Positions 8,111 through 18,059 of a stretch of 64,000 bases of DNA are shown piece by piece (positions within the stretch are counted from its first letter, which is position 1; each line of letters opens with the position of its first letter). The position numbers and the translations under genes are program-made. Source of the DNA: an uncultured virus (IMG/VR IMGVR_UViG_3300032304_000649) (Duplodnaviria; Heunggongvirae; Uroviricota; Caudoviricetes); IMG/VR virus record IMGVR_UViG_3300032304_000649; one strand, given 5' to 3'. The notes beneath the pieces were generated by a model. That model saw only the letters and a list, made by a program, of their open reading frames with translations, had not been told where the DNA came from and ran no database searches.

Positions 8111-9450
8111 GCTGTTTCTTTCATGTTAAGTGATTCTAATAACGCTTCTTGTAAACTTATTTTACCATTTAAAACTCGTATCACTTGTTCATCAATTGTT
8201 TTACTAATTGTCAAATGATGAATGATAACCGGTTTTTCCTGCCCTTGCCTGTAAATCCGTGCGTTGGCTTGGATGTAGTTTTCTGAGCTCCATGGTAAAT
8301 CAAACCACACAGTCTGTGCTGTTTCTCCAACGTTGCACTGTAGATTGAGCCCAATACCCCCGGACTGGGGATGGGCAAGGAGCATACGAATTTTGCCATC
8401 ACGCCACGCTTGGATGTTGTCATCATCCAGCACCACTGCTTCGGGAAACTTCTCTTGGATTCTCGCAAGCGCATGCTTGAAGTGGTAGAACACGAGTGTG
8501 GGGGACGAGGACTCTTCCATGATCGACTCAAGGTACTCCAATTTAACATCGTGTACTTCTTGCCAGTCTCCGTTTTCCCCATACACCGCGCCTGATGTGA
8601 ACTGTAAGAGTTTGCCCGCCAGTGCTGCCGCTGTTGGAGCCGTGATGAGTTCACCATTGATACTAGCGACCATGTCTTTTGTAAGTGTGTCATATTGTTT
8701 ACGCTCCGCCGAGTTTATGTCTATTTTGTGATACAACTTAGTTAGTTTGGGTAGTGTCAAATAATCCTCAGCCCGCAGACTAAAACATATGTCGCTAATC
8801 TTATCCTGTATCCTTTTATCCGCCCCTGGCTGGAGCGCCCACTTATACACAACGTGTGTATGCCTATTCATCTGCCCCGGTGTCAGGTACTTTGACCTGA
8901 ACGCCGTTAAGCTCGTTTCTAACCTCTGCCCCAAATCCAAAATACCTACCTGTGACCACAAGTCAGCCATCCCTTGAGGTGTCGGAGTCCCTGTCAGAAT
9001 AATACGTCGCTCGAAGCTCTTTAAGTGTTTCTTCAAGCTCTTGAATCTTTTCGTCGAAGGATCTTTGAAGCGACTCGACTCGTCGATTATCAGATTGTTG
9101 AATTGCATCTTTGGTTGATCCAACAACCATATCAAGTTCTCGAGATTGACTACGTACACGCTCGAAGAACTCTTCAACGCTGCTAACCGTTGACTCGGGG
9201 TGCCCAGTATCTTGGCTACCTTCAGGTGTTGTAGGTGTTCCCATTTCTGTGTTTCCTGTTCCCATACTGTTTCCGCCACCCTCTTTGGCGCTACGATAAG
9301 AGTTTTCCCCTTGAGTTGCTCCGCGATAATCGTTAGTGTCGTCGCTGTCTTCCCAAGTCCAGGGGGTAGAAACAGACCCAAGTTCGGCACCGACAGCGCC
9401 CGGGATATGATCTCCTGCTGATACTGGTGTAGTTGTGTTCTCTTTAGCAC
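8107..9450 (-). CDS. SNF2-family (SF2) DNA helicase
   Basis: PGLGKT, IIDESS, LTGTP, GIGLNLQ, QANARIYRQGQ. Confidence 0.92.
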   Translation of the reverse strand: MLKRTQLHQYQQEIISRALSVPNLGLFLPPGLGKTATTLTIIAEQLKGKTLIVAPKRVAETVWEQETQKWEHLQHLKVAKILGTPSQRLAALKSSSSVYVVNLENLIWLLDQPKMQFNNLIIDESSRFKDPSTKRFKSLKKHLKSFERRIILTGTPTPQGMADLWSQVGILDLGQRLETSLTAFRSKYLTPGQMNRHTHVVYKWALQPGADKRIQDKISDICFSLRAEDYLTLPKLTKLYHKIDINSAERKQYDTLTKDMVASINGELITAPTAAALAGKLLQFTSGAVYGENGDWQEVHDVKLEYLESIMEESSSPTLVFYHFKHALARIQEKFPEAVVLDDDNIQAWRDGKIRMLLAHPQSGGIGLNLQCNVGETAQTVWFDLPWSSENYIQANARIYRQGQEKPVIIHHLTISKTIDEQVIRVLNGKISLQEALLESLNMKETA

Positions 9451-9853
9451 GTCGGTTTCCTTTTGAGGCGTTTTCTTTTTTAGTTAACAAGGTTAGATTC
9501 CATGGAACGTGTAATCCACATACATCTTTTCCTTGCAACGGTTCAATATGTTCAACTTCATATAATTCCTCCATAAAAATTGTGGCTAGTTGGGCGCGGC
9601 GATACCATACTTCTATTTCCGGTTTTAAATGCAACTTGCCCCATTTTAACATGCGGTTTAATTTTGCAACACGATACCGACTACGTTTAGCATTTGCTTT
9701 GTCTCTATTATTTTTAGACCAGCTTGCTGAGTATTCCCGATCACAAAGTTTACAATACGTTTTTAATTCATCTTGTCTGTATTTGTCTTTATTAAATTCG
9801 CTATAGCTTTTTAACTGTTTGCATTTTGGGCATTGCTTGTTTAATAAAATCAT
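8963..9853 (-). CDS. HNH-type endonuclease with an N-terminal Zn ribbon; the C-terminal part overlaps the helicase
   Basis: CPKC..CKLC; EVEHIEPLQGKDVCGLHVPWNL..ENASKGNR. Confidence 0.75.
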   Translation of the reverse strand: MILLNKQCPKCKQLKSYSEFNKDKYRQDELKTYCKLCDREYSASWSKNNRDKANAKRSRYRVAKLNRMLKWGKLHLKPEIEVWYRRAQLATIFMEELYEVEHIEPLQGKDVCGLHVPWNLTLLTKKENASKGNRRAKENTTTPVSAGDHIPGAVGAELGSVSTPWTWEDSDDTNDYRGATQGENSYRSAKEGGGNSMGTGNTEMGTPTTPEGSQDTGHPESTVSSVEEFFERVRSQSRELDMVVGSTKDAIQQSDNRRVESLQRSFDEKIQELEETLKELRATYYSDRDSDTSRDG

Positions 9854-10103
9854 CTACGTCATCCTTGGATCTTAAAATGTGAACAGGAAAGCCTTGTTCG
9901 CCTAGTTGGTCAAAGACTATCTTTTGTCTTTCGCTTACTTTTCCTGTCGGTGTTTTCAGTTCCACTAGGAACACTTGCTGGTTCAGGAACACTATTCTGT
10001 CCGGCACTCCCGATATCGTGCTTAACCATTTCAGTGAGAGCCCGTTCAATTTTTTCACGGATTTGCTCAGATGCTGCTCGATGTCGCTTTCTAAAATTCT
10101 CAT
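9801..10103 (-). CDS. VRR-NUC domain nuclease
   Basis: ESDIEQHL..SGVPDRIV..VELKTPTGKVSERQ; likely start ATG 10103. Confidence 0.85.
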   Translation of the reverse strand: MRILESDIEQHLSKSVKKLNGLSLKWLSTISGVPDRIVFLNQQVFLVELKTPTGKVSERQKIVFDQLGEQGFPVHILRSKDDVDDFIKQAMPKMQTVKKL

Positions 10104-10509
10104 AGTTTTCTTGCTCCGTTGCGTATGCCGCAAACACTTGTTTAAACAAATACTCTGTAAAGTAGGCTCGGGTCTCATCACCAATCTTGGCTTCGTCTTC
10201 CCCAATATACTCAAACACATGGGTGACAGTGTGCACACACTCATGCACTATGACACCAATACGTTCAAGTGGGTCGTAGTCCTCCATGGCTTTAAGATCA
10301 AACACAATCGCCAACATGGCGTTTTGTGTGCCCTCTTGTTGGATGTAATGCGACTCTGCTACACCGACATCTAGGCTTGAATGTTTGGTTGTTATCTTAG
10401 AATGTTTTAGTGCCGCTTGAAATGCGTCATCCGAAAAACATACCTTTACCTTGGCTTCATAAAAACCGGTGGTTGCTATATAAAACGGCAATGCTTTTTT
10501 GTTTTTCAT
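9910..10509 (-). CDS. HExxH zincin-like hypothetical protein
   Basis: IVHECVH..DETRAY. Confidence 0.6.
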   Translation of the reverse strand: MKNKKALPFYIATTGFYEAKVKVCFSDDAFQAALKHSKITTKHSSLDVGVAESHYIQQEGTQNAMLAIVFDLKAMEDYDPLERIGVIVHECVHTVTHVFEYIGEDEAKIGDETRAYFTEYLFKQVFAAYATEQENYENFRKRHRAASEQIREKIERALTEMVKHDIGSAGQNSVPEPASVPSGTENTDRKSKRKTKDSL

Positions 10510-12229
10510 TTTATTCCGTGTGCCTTTTCTATTGCTCTGGCAAACGCAACAATGTCACCTTCCGTTTGCATTCTAATTCCCGTAATCTCTTGATCTGTAA
10601 GGGGTTTTGACTTGTAGATTCCGCATAAAAATGGCCTTGGCTCCGTGACTACGGCGTCCTCATAGCCAGGTTGGTATGGCGCCTCTGCTACATAGTTTGG
10701 TTTCATTTTTTCCTCATCATGTTTAATTATCCACTGTAACGCAAGAGTCAATGTGTTAAATGCTGGTGATTTTATTGACTCATTTTCCCAATAATAACTA
10801 GGCACATCGGATACTTGCCAAGTGTCCCCAACCCATTTAGCGGTTCTTTCATGGATTGTTTGTAAGTTCATTCTATTTCCTCATACCAGCCACGTACATA
10901 AAAAGCATCCCCAAAGTCTTTAACTAACTTCTCAGGGTAGCCGTTCTCAATTAGCCACTGCACAGTGTTGTCGACGTGCTCGGGTATCTCTTTAGGAAAT
11001 CCGTACAACCATCCTTTGGGTGGATCAATCATTTTAACTTTCATTTCTCACTCGCTTTCTTTAATCCTTCAGCATATCCAATCTCATACCCGCCTTGATG
11101 TGCCATAGCCTCGTGATGACTGCATTTTTCTAATTGGTTTTCCAACTCCGCTATGCGGTTTGCTTGCTGACGCAACATTCTAGGCACTCGATTATCACAC
11201 CCAACTGCTTGCAATACTCGATCTAGTTCATCTGCTAATTCGTATGCGTTCATTTCTCTTGTGCCTTTCTTAGTATTGCTCTAGCAAAGTCTTTAATTCC
11301 TTCTAATGCTTTGTCAGGATTGTTCAGTTGCCACAATTCAAAAGCGTAAGCAAACTCCTCTATTTCATCATCTGTTAGTGTCTTTGCTGGATGGGTGTAG
11401 AGTGGTATTTTTTCCATCTGCGCTATGGTTGGTGTATGCCATGTAGTAGGCTTTGCCCACTCTAGTTTGCGTTCTTCTACGTTGATGTACGCTACTGGTT
11501 CATTGTTCATTTTTAATCCCATGATGTTCTTCAACTGTTCTGACAAAATCACGCATGCTCCACATTTGGTTGGTCTTATTCATGTTGATAATCATTACGC
11601 GGATCTCTTCGTCGGTCATTGGTGTTCGTTTGACGGCGTCTTCGTACTCTTTCACTGTGTGGTACATACTAACTCCTTCCAATTTGTTTCTTCCGGCATG
11701 ATGTTGATCGTGGTGCCCTGCTCCTTTGCCTTGGCGATCAGGTTATTGAGCACCGATGCGCCGTACAGGTGTGAGCCATAATTATGTTTGTAGCACCGGT
11801 ACACAGACCCCGAGGCGCCGTGAAAGTCGTAGTATTGTTTCTCTTCATCTACGCCCACGACGCCACTGTTCATCTGCCACGAGTCTGATCCGGCGTACCC
11901 ACCATACCAGCAACCAAACACGCGGTAGAGATGCGTGTCGCCAGCAATTATCTCAACCATTACCCACTTGTCAGGTGTGTTCATAACCCAAACCTCCTCG
12001 ATGGTGTGCGTTTGCCAAATCTTACGTATATCTTTAATGCGCACAGACGTGCATACGTTTGGTTGCGCCACCCTTGCGCGGCTCTTCGGTACATCTGCAT
12101 ACGGGCGCGTTTGTAATGATTTGGTTTCCCATTTTTGCTAATAAACACAATGCGCCGTTGCCCTACTTTACCGAATATGCTGGTAAAACCGTTGCGCAAG
12201 ATGGTTTTCTTAAAACGAAAAGGTTTCAT
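10506..12229 (-). CDS. Cluster of small hypothetical genes (10506-10871, 11041-11253, 11250-11552, 11500-11682, 11652-11984, 11981-12229)
   Basis: Coupled short ORFs typical of phage middle regions, e.g. TPDKWV..WYGGYAGSDSWQMNSG. Confidence 0.55.
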
Positions 12230-12594
12230 CGTTTTCGTTTCTCAATAGTTACAAACACCGCTACCACGTCCTCTTCGTCACTTACGCTTACATGCGGGTA
12301 ATATTTGTTTTTCTTTACAAAGTCATACACCCAGCCATTGAGCGCAAAGTACGGGCGCCCGTTCTCATCATTTAACAACTGCACAAGATCCATGTTAGCA
12401 ATCGGACTGATGCCAGACCCAAGTGCTTTTAGAAACGCTTCTTTGGCGGCGAATCGAGTGGCTAAGTAGTCTGCTGGTTTACCTCTGCGCTCGTACTCTT
12501 TCTGTTCGTGCAAACCCAAAATGTTTAACGGCACTCGTAGGTTTTTAAACCTGTTTACCTTGACAATATCAACACCTACCCCTGCGATCATCAA
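12226..12594 (-). CDS. acpS: Holo-ACP synthase (4'-phosphopantetheinyl transferase)
   Basis: GVGVDIV, LATRFAAKEAFLKALG, GRPY, HVSVSD. Confidence 0.9.
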   Translation of the reverse strand: MMIAGVGVDIVKVNRFKNLRVPLNILGLHEQKEYERRGKPADYLATRFAAKEAFLKALGSGISPIANMDLVQLLNDENGRPYFALNGWVYDFVKKNKYYPHVSVSDEEDVVAVFVTIEKRKR

Positions 12595-14912
12595 AACACT
12601 CCTTCGTCTTCAATTATGTTTTGGTCAACATACTTTTGTGCCTTGGCACTTAACTTGATGCCATCGTATACATGTTTGCGCTGACCGCCTACCATCGCCT
12701 TTGTTACTGTAACGGCATGCTCTTGAGTCGCCGCTAAGAATCTGCGTTTAAACGACATCTCTGTACCAAATGGCAGGTTCTTTTTGGTTGCCCAATGTTT
12801 GAAACAAGCAAACACATGATCTTTTGGCACTGACGATGATGGATCAAATGTTAACACTTCCTCGGCAAATGCGCCGATTGGGTTGCCAGCCTCAGCCATC
12901 ACTTCGATTAAATCCTTGCCGTTCTCAGGTTGTATGAAGTGCCCGCCACGGTCTATTCTGCGTTGCAAGCCTTCCATCGCCCAATTAAAAATGCCTGACA
13001 GTTCGCTTGATAACTTGTGGGATAGATCAGTGTCCTCTTGGTTGTAAAAGGATTTGGTCATCTTCAATACAATCATTCGCCCTGTGAGTGCGTTTGAGTT
13101 TTCGGTTAATTGCAAGGTCTCGTTGGAATAGATTACGATTCGTGTGGGGAGGTATCCGTTCCATGATTCTTTGTTTTTCCTGTTGACCGTAATAGTGTCG
13201 CCTCCAACGATTCGTAGCAACTGAGAAACAACTGCAGAGCGATTCCGCTCAGGAGCACGAGCATCTGTAAAACTAGCAAGCAACTTGCCAAGCCAAGGTT
13301 GTAAGCCAAACGTATCACATAGTTCTCCTAGTTCTGGTGCGACTGTGTTGTGTTGTCCTAAGAGGGACACCAGCACCTTGTTGATTGTTCCCTTACCTGA
13401 ACGGCGGGGGCCGATGATGTTAAAAAACTTCTGCTGGCGGGTGTCGCCACTGAGGATGTAACCAAACATTTCTTGCAAGGCTTCTATCGACTGCGGGTCG
13501 GTTGTCCATACAGACTTTAAAAAGTTATCCCATATTGGACACTTAGCCGATGGGTCATACGCAAACGGCAACGAGTTCTGTGTAAAGAAACCCAATGAGT
13601 GCGGGATCAACACACGATCTTCGAGGTGAAACAGTCCGTTCTCCAAACTGATAAGTTTGGATGCTTCGGGTTTGTTTAAACGATAGGCATCTAACCAAAT
13701 TGGTGGTCGGGTGTTTGCGTGGTTGGGTAAATGCACGATGGACTTGATCGCATCCATACACGCTGACACCGATGCTGGCGATGGGTTGAACGGCACTAAC
13801 TCACCTTTCTTACCTGGCTTTTTGCATTTGTCCAGCAGTTTGTATAAGTCTGACCGAATGGTTGCCTCTTCCATGATCTCGTAGTGTGTCCTTGCATGCA
13901 CATAAAAGTCATCCGAGTAATGGACTAAGCGGTAGCCTTCCTCTGTGACATACTGGTTTTCGAGAAAGGTACGGGCATGGTTCATAGCACCTTGGTCGAG
14001 AATGATCTCGCCCGATGCTAAGGCTTCTGCCCGCTCCATTTGGTTGATTTTAAATATAAGGCTTCGTAGGGTTGCACCTGATCCTTTAAAGGTTGTCCAC
14101 TTCTTATCACATGCGTTGGGTGTGTAGTTAGGCACACTGCCATCCCCATACGACCATCTATCCCACAACTCCAAGGCTTCCATGTCGCCGTTGAACTGGT
14201 GGTGTAGCGCAAATCCAACAGACAGCCAGTCTGTGTAACCTGACGATGGGTCTAGTTTGGCTAAGATCTCAGTTTCGACCTTATGGATGTCATATCCTTC
14301 GACAGGGGGTGTGTAGTCCGCAAACGAGTCCCCTGTACGCCTTATTTCGCGCTCAGGGACGATATCGGTTAGGTCTTGGGGGGTGGGTGGCACCTTGCCA
14401 CTAATCTCGTGTCCTGTGACCGTAAAATAGCGTCCACGGGGGTAGCACTCCAATCCCTTGTCGTGGTCAACATGGGCTGAGTGCATGTCGGCTCTGGTGA
14501 ATATTTTGACCCCTGTGCCAGATGGGGAGACTTCCATATAGCCATCGACCTTGTCTGCAATTTGCTGCAGTGCAGCATCTGTGAAAACCCCCTGTGTGTG
14601 GTCGTAGCAGTCATCCAAATCGATACCGACCAAGTTGTCGTGGTCTGAGAACACAAAGCCCACTCCATCAAATCGGTTGGGGTTGTCTTCGTAGGCATGT
14701 TGGACAGATAGGAAGTCTGCCCAAGTGTCAGGGTTGGTTGACGATGCGGACTGTCCATTTGCCTGTGTGGGTATTTTAGACCAGCGTTTGGTAGTCTCAT
14801 CGCCTATTTCTACATATCTCCATAGCACCCAACGAGGGATGCGTTTTAATTCCATGGGGATGTTGGTGAATTGTACGGGTAGGGTTTGTGGTTTAGTGTT
14901 CATAATTTTCAT
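12591..14912 (-). CDS. Primase-polymerase / D5-like SF3 helicase
   Basis: N-terminal prim-pol (GIDLDDC, EVSPSGTG, YFTVTG), PriCT-like middle, GPRRSGKGT Walker A. Confidence 0.9.
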   Translation of the reverse strand: MKIMNTKPQTLPVQFTNIPMELKRIPRWVLWRYVEIGDETTKRWSKIPTQANGQSASSTNPDTWADFLSVQHAYEDNPNRFDGVGFVFSDHDNLVGIDLDDCYDHTQGVFTDAALQQIADKVDGYMEVSPSGTGVKIFTRADMHSAHVDHDKGLECYPRGRYFTVTGHEISGKVPPTPQDLTDIVPEREIRRTGDSFADYTPPVEGYDIHKVETEILAKLDPSSGYTDWLSVGFALHHQFNGDMEALELWDRWSYGDGSVPNYTPNACDKKWTTFKGSGATLRSLIFKINQMERAEALASGEIILDQGAMNHARTFLENQYVTEEGYRLVHYSDDFYVHARTHYEIMEEATIRSDLYKLLDKCKKPGKKGELVPFNPSPASVSACMDAIKSIVHLPNHANTRPPIWLDAYRLNKPEASKLISLENGLFHLEDRVLIPHSLGFFTQNSLPFAYDPSAKCPIWDNFLKSVWTTDPQSIEALQEMFGYILSGDTRQQKFFNIIGPRRSGKGTINKVLVSLLGQHNTVAPELGELCDTFGLQPWLGKLLASFTDARAPERNRSAVVSQLLRIVGGDTITVNRKNKESWNGYLPTRIVIYSNETLQLTENSNALTGRMIVLKMTKSFYNQEDTDLSHKLSSELSGIFNWAMEGLQRRIDRGGHFIQPENGKDLIEVMAEAGNPIGAFAEEVLTFDPSSSVPKDHVFACFKHWATKKNLPFGTEMSFKRRFLAATQEHAVTVTKAMVGGQRKHVYDGIKLSAKAQKYVDQNIIEDEGVF

Positions 14913-14918
14913 GTGTCT

Positions 14919-14947
14919 ATACTAATGCAAACTTTGGGTATTGTCAA
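14919..14947 (-). promoter_or_regulatory. Sigma70-type promoter TTGACA-N17-TAGTAT with TTGCATTAGT core, upstream of the primase
   Basis: Minus strand TTGACAatacccaaagtTTGCATTAGTAT. Confidence 0.75.
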
Positions 14948-15238
14948 GAAGTTGGACAAGTCGGACAATTTGGGCATAAAGTTGGACACTTTTTTATTCC
15001 ATGAAATCAACAACTTGGCTCTAAAATTGTCCGACTTGTCCGACTTGTCCAACTTCTTTGCACAATTTACCATACCTCTATTAAATTTAAATTTTTTTTC
15101 TGTGAGTAAAAAAGTGAAATAAAGTCGGACAAGTCGGACAAGTCGGACAATTTTTCGATTAACTCCTTGATTCTGCTCAATAAAAAATTGTCCAACTTTC
15201 GTGGTTTTTGAAAATGGAAGTTGGACAAGTCGGACAAT
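14947..15238. repeat. Iteron array A (AAGTYGGAC units in both orientations around an AT-rich core); probable replication origin
   Basis: Tandem AAGTCGGAC/AAGTTGGAC and inverted GTCCGACTT units next to the primase gene. Confidence 0.85.
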
Positions 15239-15395
15239 CATAACTTTTGGTTATATAGCGCGTAAATAACATGCGCAAATAGATATAAAAGAACTGCAAG
15301 CAAAGCCCTGTTGACCCATCTTTGGGTTTTTTCCTCGATGGGGTCAAAATCAATCATTTGCTTTCGATGTGGTTTACCCATGTCATCACCGACTT

Positions 15396-15946
15396 TCATT
15401 TAAGAATCTCGTAGCCTTTTCTTTCAACCATGATGTAAGCCCACCGCCTGAAAGCCTCCCTGTTTTTAGCAGTTTGGGGGTCGGTTTCATCCCAAAGGGC
15501 ATCGATTATATGCTCACCTGTGCCATCGTTGAACTCAATTTTTATCATGTTGCCGTCTTTATCGTAAACATCGACTGGTATGGCTTTCATTCTTCCTCCT
15601 TTAATTTAGAAAAACTATCGGTTACACCTCGTTCCCGTTCATCCCAAGAATCTTGTGTGCCGTAGTCACCTCGGCTCATCCGCATTCTTTCTTCGTGCCT
15701 AAATCGTGGCTCAACCTCAAGCCATGCCAAGAATGCTTCTTTGTATTCAACCCAATCATCGTTTTGGACAAACATAGGATGGTTCATACCTGCAATATCA
15801 ACACAAGCCAAATAATCCCTTGATGGAATCCATTTTCTTGGTTTTGTCCTACAACCAATACCCATCTTATTACGAGCAGTTATATAGCGGTCATAGGCTC
15901 TTTGCTGTTCAAGGTTAAGTTCAATCATCGGTGCTTTCCTCTGCAT
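15396..15946 (-). CDS. Two hypothetical genes (15396-15590, 15587-15946)
   Basis: Coupled ORFs. Confidence 0.55.
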
Positions 15947-16493
15947 ATTTTTCTTGTTTAAGATTATTTAAAGAAATAGGTTCTTTGTTGATGTGACCTT
16001 GCAGTTGGTGTATTTTATTCTCAGACACCCCCATAATTGTCGCCAGCTCAGATATTTTAGGTTCTCGCCCTAATATTTGGGTCAAGTTTCGTTTGTTGTA
16101 GTTAAGTTTTTTGATTTGTTCCATGATGTTTATCGGTAATCGAATGAGGTTAGCCGTATTGTCTAAGTCCCTACGCACCCCTTTTTCAATAAAAGACCTA
16201 GCGTATGTGGCAAACCTAGCATTGTTCTTGGGTTGCCATCGTTTGGCTGCGATCAGTAGGGCTTTGTTACCCATCGCCAATATGTCCTCAACAGGCACTT
16301 TGCCATGATGCCATGCGGTCATTTTACGCACCACATACACAACAAAACGCAAGTTATGGGTCACTAACTTCTCCAAGGCAAGATCATCTCCCTTGGCTAT
16401 CAGTTTGGCTAGTCGGTGTTCCTCTGCCACTTCCAATGGTTCAACGCCATAAAGCGACTGTAAGTAGTCACTTAAAATGTCATTTTCTTTCAC
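15921..16493 (-). CDS. Phage sigma70-family factor with regions 1.2-2-3 and no region 4
   Basis: DYLQSL..PLE..EEHRLA..LVTHNLRFVV..RFATYA..IRLPIN..LGREP..ELA..PISLN, then stop; likely GTG start 16493. Confidence 0.85.
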   Translation of the reverse strand: MKENDILSDYLQSLYGVEPLEVAEEHRLAKLIAKGDDLALEKLVTHNLRFVVYVVRKMTAWHHGKVPVEDILAMGNKALLIAAKRWQPKNNARFATYARSFIEKGVRRDLDNTANLIRLPINIMEQIKKLNYNKRNLTQILGREPKISELATIMGVSENKIHQLQGHINKEPISLNNLKQEKYAEESTDD

Positions 16494-16835
16494 TCTTCTC
16501 GCTTTCAAAGAAATATTGGAGAAGATTAGGGAACATACAAATGCCACCCGCTAAAAGCATAAAAATTAATCCCCATGTAATGCCTCCGCCATGATCGATT
16601 GCAACCATCGCAACTAATATCAATAGAAAACCAATAAGTTTCATACAAATTCTCCTGGAAAAAAAGTCAAATTTTTGGACAAAATCAAAACGGGATAAGT
16701 CGCTTTAGGCGAATGAAAAAAAAATTAAGCCTTCCCCTCCCCTGTTTAAACACTTTGCTCTCCAATTATACCACAACTGACCCTGTTTAAACAAGGTGCA
16801 TTTATCGAGTCGTTTAAACATGGGGTCTAGGTTTT

Positions 16836-17265
16836 TTAAAAAGGGCTTTCACCCAAGGTTGCCATGCAGTATTGGTATGGGTCTTGGGGCTTGGGTAGGG
16901 CTATGAGGCGAGTTCCCTCGGTTAGATAGGGCTTTGCCTCTTGTTTACTAGCGAACTTCCTCAGAGTTTCACCGAACTCATCAACTAACATGAATTTATA
17001 TACACTTTGTTTAAACATGGTATTCATTCAAAAATTTTTTGGAGATGTAATAGCAATCTTCACCTAATTTATTTCGTAGGTGTTCACCGACCCCATCAAG
17101 GGGCTTATTGTATTCGCAAAGGTCTAATATGCTTATTGCCTCGTTGATCCATGCGGGTAATTCCGCAAGATCAACAGTATAAACTATGTCTTTGCGGTTG
17201 CGTAGCCAATCAAGATCGGTGATCTTGTAGCGATCACCGACCCTATCTACTCTTAGCCAACTCAT
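16836..17265 (-). CDS. Two small early hypothetical genes (16836-17027, 17011-17265)
   Basis: Coupled ORFs. Confidence 0.55.
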
Positions 17266-18059
17266 TCAAATACGCTATAAAAATTTGGTTTTCCTTTGAC
17301 ACCAAGGTCATCATGCACTTCACTACCAACATCTAATAGATCAAGTATAACCAATTTATCTAATATTGTCTGAGGTAATTCAGCCTTTGTAGCGACTGTT
17401 TTGGGTTCGTCTAAATGAGAATCCCCTTGATATTTTTGGTAGGTTATGTCTGATCGTTTAAACCATACATGGTAAAATACAGGATCGTAATTTTTTTGTT
17501 GAATATATTTTTCATGGTTGAGTTCTAAATAATCCATAGCCTCTTTTAATTCAAGACTTTGTGGCTTATAACCCATGTCTTTTAGTTTAAGAAAATCGGC
17601 ATACATACTTTCGGGGACACCATGAGTATTGCTTGACACTTCATAATTCATCTGATGTTGTTTTTGCCTAATGTATTGCCCCATAGCCCATAAATGGTTT
17701 GACTGCATAAACTCACCCATTGTGGGAAAACACAACATCTGAGGTGCTTGTTTAACAATCGATTTCATGTGAATAGATGTCTTAGCACTATCGGGTGCTG
17801 ATCCTACCCACCTACCACTTTTAAAACAACTACTTACATACCACTTTTTTTCATTACTCAAATAACCAATAGCCCCTATTCGTATGTCGGGTTCATTAGC
17901 CATGTAAACCTCAAAATAATTGCGGTTATCATCACCATGCCAATTTAATTGTTTTGGTATAAATGAATAATTAGGATTGCGTTTAAACAACTCATCACGC
18001 AAGGCAACAACTTCGTCAAGTATCTTTATATTTGTAGTCATATTAGTTCCAATTAGCAT
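17262..18059 (-). CDS. Hypothetical early protein
   Basis: 265-aa ORF in operon. Confidence 0.7.
   Translation of the reverse strand: MLIGTNMTTNIKILDEVVALRDELFKRNPNYSFIPKQLNWHGDDNRNYFEVYMANEPDIRIGAIGYLSNEKKWYVSSCFKSGRWVGSAPDSAKTSIHMKSIVKQAPQMLCFPTMGEFMQSNHLWAMGQYIRQKQHQMNYEVSSNTHGVPESMYADFLKLKDMGYKPQSLELKEAMDYLELNHEKYIQQKNYDPVFYHVWFKRSDITYQKYQGDSHLDEPKTVATKAELPQTILDKLVILDLLDVGSEVHDDLGVKGKPNFYSVFE

Noticed and set aside
14909..15241. ORFs over the iteron arrays (also 14886-15122, 25348-25599, 25415-25597), or reading the arrays as CRISPR
   Set aside because: The translations only echo the 9-mer repeats (VRLVRL, DKSDK). The units are tandem, without unique 30-40-bp spacers.
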